Shown here piece after piece: positions 52,712 through 64,000 of a stretch of 64,000 nucleotides of DNA. This DNA comes from Yuukianura sp. NJ FZ-2021. Its lineage: Eukaryota. Each line of letters begins with the position of its first letter. The stretch's first letter is position 1. The stretch is from positions 7,564,001 to 7,628,000 of the forward strand of contig CM102287.1 of NCBI GenBank assembly GCA_046563655.1. The letters are read 5' to 3'. A program made the translations under genes and the position numbers. The notes under the pieces are model-generated. The model worked only from the letters and a program-made list of their open reading frames with translations. It did no database searches and was not told the origin of the DNA.

Positions 52712-52765
52712 TACCGTATTTCCTTGTCTATGCGCTTATAGCTAGGTATACAAGGAAATACGGTA
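52712..52765. mobile_element. Miniature inverted-repeat element, Tc1/mariner (Tc2/pogo-like CCGTA ends) relic
   Basis: A perfect 16-bp inverted repeat TACCGTATTTCCTTGT (52712-52727) / ACAAGGAAATACGGTA (52750-52765), with TA at both ends as the expected target-site duplication. Confidence 0.55.
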
Positions 52766-52899
52766 CTACAAATTCCGTACAGGAGAAAATCTTTTAAAGA
52801 TATTTATTTTGAATTATTTCTGAACGTTCTGTATGGAATTAGGATTCTCTACAGTTTGTGTAATGGAAGGTGGATATCGCTGTTGATACACTGTACAAT

Positions 52900-53944
52900 T
52901 CACAACTGTGCAAGTCCAATGACTCCGCATGCAACACGAGCTCCTGCGTTTCCAGTGGTTGAGCTCAACTCGTGACCTGTGAAATGACATACACAGAATT
53001 AATGTAAAATTAACGTTAAGTTTCAGTATAGTGGTTGAATTTCTCCAGCCTGCCTTACCTCCCTTTCCAAGATCGTCAGGATCAGCGTGAACCTAATCAA
53101 AAACAAAGAATCCCCCTAATAATCGCTGGCGAATTGCTAGTAAGTTAGTCACTTAGTACGAAATAGACAAGTAGATTTGCTTAGGCGTACCACCATGGTT
53201 CGTCCAACAATCGAATTGGGTCCATGCAGCGAAATCTGTTTATCCTCTAAGCTGAATTTGGCCACACCGTTATCCCCAGCCTCCACATTGCCCAAATCAC
53301 CAACATGACGCTGAAAATATCACCAAACATAACATTCCAACAACGCTCGCTCGCACGCTACACAAAAAGTAGTCTAGAGATTTCTAATCCTTCAAGGTCA
53401 AATACTACGTTATTTTTTAGCTTGTTAACGTCTTATTCCATCTAACCTCTGCATCGGCTGGTCCGCCATGGGTTTTCCCATGTGGATTGAAGTGTGGACC
53501 AGCTGACGTGCATCCGTTTGTCGTGTCACCTAAATAGGAACGTAAATTTTAATCGACATGAACATGGAACTGAAAAAGCTTAGTTTACGACTTATCATTA
53601 TCTAAATAAGCTTAGAACATAGTCGACAAATTAGCTGATTTACCGAATTGGTGAACATGGAATCCATGAGTTCCTTTAGTCAATCCGCTAATTTCACCTT
53701 CGACCTTCACGGGAGCTCCACACTGTAAAACCATTAATAAGTTGTCTGTCCGCTCTTATTATGAAACCAATTCTTTCGATTATAATGCAAAATAAGGTAA
53801 TCTGACCTTGACTTATCAGCTGACACGAAGACAAATATTACTAATGAAAGTTAGTTTGCAACTTACCCCTGATTGTGTGAACCACACTGTTCCAAGGACT
53901 CCATCACCCTTGAGTACGCATACAGCTTTAGCAGCCATGGCCAT
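52900..53944 (-). CDS. Sod1: Cytosolic Cu/Zn superoxide dismutase
   Basis: Exons 53867-53944, 53644-53722, 53447-53529, 53191-53310, 53059-53092 and 52900-52976. Motifs [55 protein letters not shown] and [13 protein letters not shown]. No signal peptide. A 5' UTR intron lies at 53971-54112. Confidence 0.96.
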
Positions 53945-54348
53945 TTAGATTCCTCGACTCAAACAAGCAACTGCAAATTCAAATACAAAACGATAAAGGA
54001 AAAGTTAATGGCCGACCCGATACCCAATTTAGAATTTTAAGATTCACGAGTCCTTCCTCCGACGGCTCAAAAATATCGATTGATTATGGCGTATCACATT
54101 CTTATGTCTTACCTGGACAAATGTCGTCTACTGGAACTGCGAGTTTGCGGTTTTGTAGTTGTATTACCTGTCAACCTGTGGTCGTCTTGTCTGTTGCCCG
54201 TCCAGTATTTGGTATGAGACTTAATGAGAGTGATGAGAGTTTTTGGCACGGTGGTGCCGCCGGTGTGGTTGTGGTGGTGGGGTTGCGCTTCTTTTTTTTA
54301 ATACGGAGAGAAGGAACAACTTCAAAAGTGACAGATCAAATCCAGAGT

Positions 54349-54363
54349 AGAACATTCTGGAAA
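54349..54363. promoter_or_regulatory. Heat-shock element (three nGAAn units) upstream of Sod1
   Basis: aGAAcaTTCtgGAAa is a perfect alternating HSE, just upstream of the inferred Sod1 first exon. Confidence 0.5.
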
Positions 54364-54582
54364 GAAGGAAATTGAAAACTTAATTTCTCAAGGTCAGCCG
54401 ACCCCCAGCCCCCAACACAGTGAAATTGACCATTAAATCAACTCGGAATGGTCATCATCATCAGCAAATCAAATCCTTTCAACGCTTTATAGCATTGGAA
54501 TGCTTCATGTAGAACAAGAGTTCTTCGATTTAATTTATTAACGTCAACGATTTAAAAGCAACGATATTTTTTTTTGGAATTA

Positions 54583-56267
54583 CTAATTATTACACACCGC
54601 GGCGATGTCCAAACTTGTGAGATGCGGTAAACTGAGATCCATTTCCATGTTGCATGCAAGGAATTTGTCGATATCCACTTCTCCAGCGGTCAGAGATAGG
54701 TCTGTACAAGGAGGGGGTAATGGACGCCGCATTCCACCGTCTTCACGAAAAACGTATGCCCCGAACGGAAGATCCAGCAAATGAGACATGAAGGGATTTT
54801 CAACCTAGAGAGATCAAAAATAGGTTGCAGTTTAGAATTTGATTAAAAAATTAATTAGAGTTAAAAAGTTAAAGTACGGCGACAAACGGCACTAAATTGT
54901 AAGCGACCATTACCCTAACAATCGGTGTTGACGTAGGAACTCGTTCTTCTTCGTCTTCCCGAATTGGAATGATTTTGTCGCGTGCGATTTTTCCAAGTTT
55001 CTCCGCTACATCGGATAGCTCGGACAAGATCTATAAAAACAGTAATAGTAATTAATATTTTTAGTTAAAAAGTTCCTAATGCTTCATACTAAAAGGTTAG
55101 TAGGTTGAAAATATTTACGTGATTGATTCCACTTTGTGACAGCTTCCTCTCAACCACGTCCCAAATCGTTTTTAGTCCAGAATTCGCATCCAGTGGCTCT
55201 TCTTTTCTTGACGTTGAAGTTGAATGTGTTGGTCCAACTCCCGCTAACGGGGCGTTTTCCGGCCTGTCTTCTGGTGAAGCTTCTCCCCTTCCGCTTGCAC
55301 TGTTCGTGAAACTAGTAAACGAATTCCAAAATGGCAAAGAGTTTGACGATGGGGATGGAGAAGGTGGGGGAATCGAATTCGGACCAGGGTTTAGTTCATC
55401 GCCAGCTACTTCCCGGAACAGTGAGGGAGTGGTCGGTACATCCGATGAAATTGTAGGGGAGGATGAGTGTTCAAGTTGAATCGTCGAAGTAGTGGCTGGG
55501 ACGAAATTAATTTCTGAGGGCGGGGGAAGAAGTCGGACTGCTAGCGGTACTACGAATTCGGGTTCCGTTTCTGTGTGTCGTAAAGACTCTGGTGGTGGCG
55601 AAGGTGACGAACCCTCCAATATGTCCGTGTTGTTGCTAATGACGACTTCGGACTGTACAGCCACGGAGGTATGGCCTACCTTGCGCTTCGGAGAATTGGC
55701 CTTTTGGTATTCTAGGCTAGGCTGATGTGTTGGAAATTTTTGCAAATGCTCCTTTAGTTTCCTGTTGCCCACGTAGAATTTCTGGCACGTTTGACACCGG
55801 AAGAACTCCGGTGGCTCCCTTCCCTTCCGCCTAGCTGAGCCCAAGTGTGAAGTTGTTGCAAAATCGCTACTAAACCCCCTGATAGTTGTCACAACTGGTT
55901 TTGTTTCACGTCCGGATCTAGTCTTGCACCTCTTGGACAACAACTTGATTAAATCTCCGTCATCTTCTTCGATTTCTCGATTTTCTTTTGCTATGATCCC
56001 CCTCGTTGGCAAATATTCGTTGGATTTGGCCTTGGATGACGAAGATGAAATTCGCCGATAGTGCGAAGTGGAATTGGAAGAGGCGTTATTATTCGGTTTT
56101 TCAGCTCTGCCGGCACCTATTACTATCGTTTTCGTTACTGATGAAGTAAAAGCCAAGTGTGATTCTGGTTTTATGCTTGCTTCTGGGGCTTTTTGGTATT
56201 CTCTCGGGTCAATCACAAGCACCCTCACACCGGGACCGGGTTCATGCTTTGACGTATTTCGCAACAT
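54583..56267 (-). CDS. ZNF839-like single C2H2 zinc-finger protein (N-terminus uncertain)
   Basis: Exons 55119-56267, 54914-55030 and 54583-54804. A KTRSGR motif precedes the finger FRCQTCQKFYVGNRKLKEHLQKFPTH, an arrangement recalled from ZNF839-family proteins. Confidence 0.6.
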
Positions 56268-56880
56268 GCCCTGCCCTATTCGTTTTTTGAGGTTTGCAAA
56301 TCCCAGTTAAGTTCGGTTGATTGATGTAGTGTTACGAGTGCTGGAGCTGTCAGGGCACTGCCGTTGGCTGTCTCATCGATTCCTGAAAGTTGATAGATGA
56401 ATTAGACAACATGTTTTGCCGTGACCAATGAAGGACAATCGGAAATTACCTACTTATCTCCTCCGGAATTTTTGCCAAATATCCCAGATTCCCAGACGAT
56501 TTTAGATACGACGTGTTGTTGTAGCGTGGTCGTCGTCGTTTTTACCTTTATGCTGATTCTTCTGTGTAAACGATAGCGTGTAAATTTTCCTTTCGTTGAC
56601 ATTTGCAAATTCCAAACTGAAATTGAAAAGACATTCAGATTCAATTGAATTGAAAATATTTTTTTTCGGCAGATTTTCATAATGCTCCCTCCCGCCTTCA
56701 GTATCACAAGAAGATCAAAAATTGACATGGTTTACAATATTCGTACAATAGTGCGAAAATATCTGAAAACTGTAAAGAATTATACTTCGTTGATACAGAA
56801 TAATCGCTACCGCGTATAAATATAAACTAATCTATTTAAATCGATTAAAAATATTAGTGATAGAACAAGAAATATTGCCC

Positions 56881-56888
56881 AAAAAAAA
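56881..56888 (-). terminator. Pol III oligo-T terminator of the 5S gene
   Basis: A T8 tract on the minus strand lies immediately after the 5S 3' end. Confidence 0.85.
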
Positions 56889-56891
56889 GAA

Positions 56892-57010
56892 TGCCAAGAG
56901 CACCCGGGGTTCCCAGGCGGTCACCCATCCAAGTACTAACCGGGCCCGACGTTGCTTAACTTCAGTGATCGGACGAGAACTGGTGCTTTCAACGTGGTAT
57001 GGACCTTGGC
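56892..57010 (-). rRNA. 5S ribosomal RNA gene (single copy)
   Basis: The minus strand reads GCCAAGGTCCATACCACGTTGAAAGCACCAGTTCTCGTCCGATCACTGAAGTTAAGC…GTACTTGGATGGGTGACCGCCTGGGAACCCCGGGTGCTCTTGGCA, about 119 nt. The 5' and 3' ends pair and the internal control region is intact. Confidence 0.97.
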
Positions 57011-57554
57011 GAAAGGTTTTACCAACAAAGTGCTACAAATTCAAAGCCACAAAGTAGTGCTTTTTAAATGCATTTTATTAATTCATATTAACAGGAAATT
57101 AATTAATTATTATTTTGCATAAATAGTTAACAAATTATTTTAATTCATTTTACTAGAGATTGTGTGACTGCTTTTTTTAATAAACTAACAATAAGGTATA
57201 TCTATCTAACCATACCAGAAGGATTGTTTGCACAACTCTGTACATAAAAGTCGCCCGACATTTTGGCATTGTAAACAAACACTTTTTGTCAAACCAATTT
57301 AAATTGGATCTTTTGTTTTGCTGAATCTGTTGACTTCATTCAATCATCCGGAATTGGATAATTAACTCATTTTCATCACAAGTCAATAATTTCAGTAATT
57401 ATTTTACCTCATACGCTAATTAAACAGAGTTAATTAATCAGTTGGACAGAAGAAGACTTAATTTCGTTTGCGTAAGTTCTTTAATTAATTGGCAGATAAT
57501 TGATCAAGTAAGGAAATTTCATGTTGGTTATTGCAGAATTTAACCAGGACCCGG

Positions 57555-58182
57555 ATGGCGGATTCTACTGGCAGTGGAACCACTGAGGACAAAACTGGAA
57601 CACGGGGAGCTTTTGGTAAGTCAGTTCTCAACAAGTACCTGCTTTAGAGCTAATAATCGAACCACAATTACTGATATGTCGATATCCCGTTTTAGGTTGA
57701 ATTTTTGCAAGTTTATAAATTAAGTTGAGATTCAATCCTTTTTTTCAGATTTCCGATTAGGCATGGAGCAGTTTTACGAAGACACAGTCAAACCAATTGA
57801 GACGAAACCTTGTTCAGGCGTTCGACAAGACTTAAAGGATTGTATTCTTGCCAGTTCCTGTGTCACGGAGGTTAGATTTCAAATTTTTTTTATCCTCCAC
57901 TTAGTAACTTTCGGTTTGATTTTACAAATTGACAATCTTAATTTCATTTCTAGCATAAACTTAGTCCTAGTGAATGTCTCCGCTTGAAGCCCGATGACCC
58001 TTTGTGCCCGTCGGAGTGTATGGCATTTAAACAAACTTTTTTCGATTGCAAGCGATCCCTGGTAGGAAGGAGACAAAGTGATTAATACTATTACTTATTA
58101 TTAAACATAAGAATGATTCGCATTTTTTTACTCTTCGCAGCTCGATGCTCGTCAACGCTTCAGAGGAAGGAAAGGCTACTAA
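57555..58182 (+). CDS. COA5: Cytochrome c oxidase assembly factor 5 (Pet191 family)
   Basis: Exons 57555-57615, 57749-57870, 57954-58061 and 58141-58182. Motifs PCSGVRQDLKDCILASSCV…SPSECL…FFDCKRSLLDARQRFRGRKGY. The conserved start is ATG 57763; ATG 57555 is in frame upstream. Confidence 0.92.
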
Positions 58183-58843
58183 AAATCCGAATCTGGAATG
58201 GGACATTGTGGCTGGGATAAGGCTAAACGATCTACATGCTTTCAGAAGACGAGATGATTACTAGTGAATACTCCTCCTGGAGTTTAAATAACCGTCTTTC
58301 GCGTAATGATCAATAAATACAAAATCAATTTACACTTATTTTTAAACACGAAAACGTTAACATGCATTGAGTAGTTTACTATTTCAGGAGTCTTAACGCC
58401 CCTGATGCTAGTAGTTGACAAAGTATTTTTAGAATCGATTTTCGTATTGAGTTCCATCATTCAGCCAATTCCGAATCGAAGTGCCATTCAGCTCAACCAC
58501 ATCTCTAAACTTCTTCTGCAGATTCTGATCCCGTTCCTAGCTAACCTGATACTCACCACTTAAGAGCTACTCAGGGAAAGTGGCCCTGACGTCAGAGTTC
58601 TGACGTGGTAGTGCTGTCTACTATCTACTTTATTCTTTTGTATTGTGTCGCCTTCCCCTCTGGTATATCCAGGAACAAAAGTGAAAGTTCTTTCATCTTC
58701 ACACATTTTTTCACTTTCCAAAATCTTTCATAGTTTTTCGAGGATGGTTTAATTTCTCAGTCTCAGCTTAAAGTTAACTACGACTTGGGTTGGGATTTAA
58801 CTAACGTTTTATTTTTTTACCGGAAGTTGCGGAAGGAATAACA

Positions 58844-60737
<1,894 letters not shown>

Positions 60738-61453
60738 ATGTATTTTATTCTTAATTGTTAGTACTTCTCAATTAATAAACAATCCCTTCCAGTTTGATGT
60801 TTTAAAAATACAACAATACAAAAAATATTTGTGGAGCATAACATAAATAGAGTATCTTTTACTTTGAAGTTTTTCGAGTAGACGGACGTGGTCAGATTTA
60901 CAAATCAGAAGCAGCAGCAGCAGCCTCTTCGCCAACAATGTGTAAAAATACTGTCCAACTATTTTTTTTAAGTTATGTTTAAGATCTACCGACGACAAAA
61001 CGTAGTTAACTTAAAATTAATTTTCAAATTAAGTACTAGTCGAAATTCTTTAAAAAAAAAGAATTATAAAACACAAAGTGTGTGCGGTGGTTCTTAATAC
61101 AAAATGAACAACGTTTTCATTGTGGCGCGAAAGATCTAGTTCATGAGATTTCAAATCATAAAGAATCAGCCCTGAGCTGAAATCTTCCAGTGTTATTAGA
61201 CTCAAATTAGGCTTTAAATGGATATGTTTATAAGGTAAGGTAATGGTAAGTAAGATATGGATTTGGTATATTTGGAACTTGATTGATCAACTTAATTGGT
61301 AAACCACCGAAAAAGAGAAAATGTATTGATAAAATTAGACAGACTTTTAGAACAGATCTGAAAAGTATTATAGTATCACCTTACCGAACTCGGACTTAAT
61401 CCGTTGTACTGTACAGAAAATAAGGATGCTGCTACCACGGTGGGATGCTGAAA

Positions 61454-63804
61454 TCAGTATTTGGTTTTGTAAGAGATCGGTTTTCCATTTCCAGTGTCCT
61501 TGGTGATGATAAACTCTCCTTTTTTGGGCAGCCCCTTAGGTTTCTCAGGCACTCGGCTTTCCTTGTCCTTGTCACTTCCTTTTCCAGAAGTTCTAGGTTT
61601 AGGAGTTTCCATAGATGCCGCCTTATTAGGCGAAGATTTTGAAGCAACTACTGCCACTGCTGGTGATGATGAGGAAGCCTTTTTCTGTTGGTTGCCCCCA
61701 GCGTTTCCAGTTGAAAATTCTCTTCTCTTCCTGACATGAAGAGCTAGGCAGTGGGTAGACAAGTTACTGAAGGATACAGTTTGTTCACAATCTGGAAATG
61801 GACAGATGATTGTATTGTCCTTTGACGTCTTTTGATGCTTCCTCTTGTAATGGTCGAATAGTCCCGCAGTCGTTCGAACAGCACTGAAGCACAAATAGCA
61901 CCGAACCATTCCGTGCTTCTCAGTGATACAAGTTGAAGCTTCCACCGGGTTCTGTAAAAAATATATATATATATATATTTCTGTAGAAACAAAAAAAAAG
62001 TTTAACTTTTGTTTCGTCCTTTTTTCAACTGCTTACCTCGTAAAGCTTCCTACAGACGAAACACTCCCTGCCAATTTCGAACAATTCATTGGGTTTGCCA
62101 TACAAGTCAGATGGCATGTCCCGTTCAAGCTTGTTCTCCACTAATACTGAAGCCGGCCCACTCAGAGCACTAGCGACGCGACTACAGTTGGCCTTCGTTA
62201 TATTCCCGTTTGTTTTGTTAAGTTGTTCCTCATTTTTGCCATCAGTTGCCTCGTTGCTAGCCGACGAGTTTGGATTTGGAGAATCCAAACGTCGTACGCT
62301 TCTTCGTGGGCTCGTTCGTCTAGTTGTTTGTAAATCGTCTTGATTTTCATCCGAATTCTGAGCATTATTTGAAACATTAGGGGTTGTTTCAATGTCTGAA
62401 GATCGAGTTCGACGCCCTTCAGCGTTTGCGGTGAATCCACTTGGGCTAACTCTTCTGGATTTCTTGGCAGATTCAACCGCTGAAAAACCAATTCAGAATT
62501 GATCAAAAGTTACTTTATACCTAAGTTAAAGTTTGCAATAACTAGAAAGTATAAAAGTAATCAGTGTTACATGATTCGCTCGGACTTCGACTTTGAATAG
62601 ATCGCTTGCACTTGGGCCCGGGACGACGGCCTGGACGTTTTTGAGTAAATCGTTCCGGTGAGAGTTCCTTTTCCACAGATTCCTGTCTATTTTTGTCATG
62701 CTCCAAGCTTTTCATTTCTTCTTCATCCTTTTGCGTAACTGGAAGTACTTTTTCAGAATCTGACGACGAGGATGACGAAGTTGGAGTACTTGCGATCTTA
62801 GACTTTACAATAGTTGATTCACTGCTGGTAGTAATTGTTGGTGTTGGTGTATCCTTCTTGGAATCAGCTGATTTATTAATGGAGTTGACGAGACTTTTTA
62901 TCTTCTCCAGTTCAACTTCTCTTCCCTTTCCGTTCGCAGTTGTTTTACTTTGTTGTTCGACTTTTGAGGTTGAAGTAGATTTTTCACTGAAATTATTCTG
63001 TTCCGCAGTAACTTTCGAGTCAGACCCAGCTTCACTTCCGCCTTCCGATCCTGCAAATGAACTTGACATGCTTTGATGAAAACTATCTTTAGAATCAGCA
63101 GAAGTATTCCCTGCTCTCAACTCTGGAACTGGAGGCACGTCGTCGTCTGAACCCTGACCAAAACTGTCGCAGTAGTACATAATTGTGGAGATATCTCTAG
63201 CCTCTCCATCAACACTAATACTGGGCACATTGACTTGGAAATACACCAGAAGATCCTTGAGAAGTTCCGCATCTTCCAATGAAGTGATATTGACAAATCC
63301 GTAGTACATGAATTGAACAAGTAGAAACATTTCTTCTACTTTGAAATCCGGCAAGATAACGGTCCTTACTCCAAAATAATTATTTTCCTGGAATTGAAAC
63401 ATACAATGTCATCTCGCATGGCCTTTGATCTGATTTGATTCGATATTCGGAATACTTTACCTGAGACAGGAACACATTTTTGAATACTGTAGAGTTTGCG
63501 GCTAGAAGCGGTCCATGCACGGGAATGCTTCCATCAGTACACATCAAATGGGTGTCCGTCGTCTTCGACAGCCCTTCAACTTGCTGTAATTCCTGAACTC
63601 CATTCCAAAAGCTCTGGAGATTCGTACGCTCTAAAAGAAAATCATGATCACGTTACTAACCCGTCACCCGGCCATAACTATAATAGAACAGGAATTTACC
63701 GTTGTCCTCTACTATGTTTTTCTATGAACAATATTAAATAATTACAAAACTCCAGTTATTTGTGAATAGGCCGACTTACTTTTCATCACTGATAGGGGTG
63801 GCAT
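61454..63804 (-). CDS. BTB/POZ - zinc finger protein
   Basis: Exons 63780-63804, 63461-63630, 62571-63387, 62037-62479 and 61454-61951. BTB domain TDTHLMCTDGSIPVHGPLLAANSTVFKNVF…VILPDF…LLVQFMYYGFVNI, followed by C-terminal fingers CFVC…C…H, CYLC…H…H and CPFPDC…H…H. Confidence 0.8.
61961..61978. repeat. (AT)9 microsatellite in BTB-ZF intron
   Basis: atatatatatatatatat is read directly. Confidence 0.9.
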
Positions 63805-64000
63805 ATTGCTCAGTTTGTTTTACACCTTGTGACAGAAAATGAACGTGACTCCACTTTCCAATCTCGACAAAGAAACAGTATCCAGCAGCAGATCAGGGAA
63901 GATTAGACGTCTGGTATCAAATAAAAAAGTAATAATCAAAACCCGCTGCATGTATAGTGCAATATTCGAGTAAATCAATTAGTAAATATGCAATAACTAA

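Noticed and set aside
56857..57057. 66-aa ORF (…STRGSQAVTHPSTNRARRCLTSVIGRE…)
   Set aside because: It is the antisense translation of the 5S rRNA gene.

Overview
This is gene-dense eukaryotic (arthropod) nuclear DNA with short spliceosomal introns of mostly 60-100 nt. The compactness and gene style suggest a springtail-like hexapod, but that is inference only. I reconstructed 17 protein-coding genes by hand from splice sites: C3G/RapGEF1 (3' end outside the window), CCDC148-like, single-minded, epsinR/CLINT1, an orphan repeat protein, MMS22L, an RR-1 cuticular protein, a 52-aa secreted Cys-rich peptide, RWDD1, TMEM86, Moesin, a basic orphan, Cu/Zn SOD1 (absent from the ORF track because its exons are short), ZNF839-like, COA5, ERK/rolled and a BTB-zinc finger gene. 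There is also one solitary, intact 5S rRNA gene. I found no prokaryotic-type system, CRISPR array or intact transposon. The best leads are: a stand-alone two-disulfide (DDH-like) secreted peptide gene; a possible stop-readthrough peroxisomal tail (…HKL) on SOD1; the lone 5S gene inside a divergent Pol II promoter; two consecutive GC-AG introns in ERK; and paired nuclear-receptor elements around sim. All homology calls are from recalled family motifs, not database searches.
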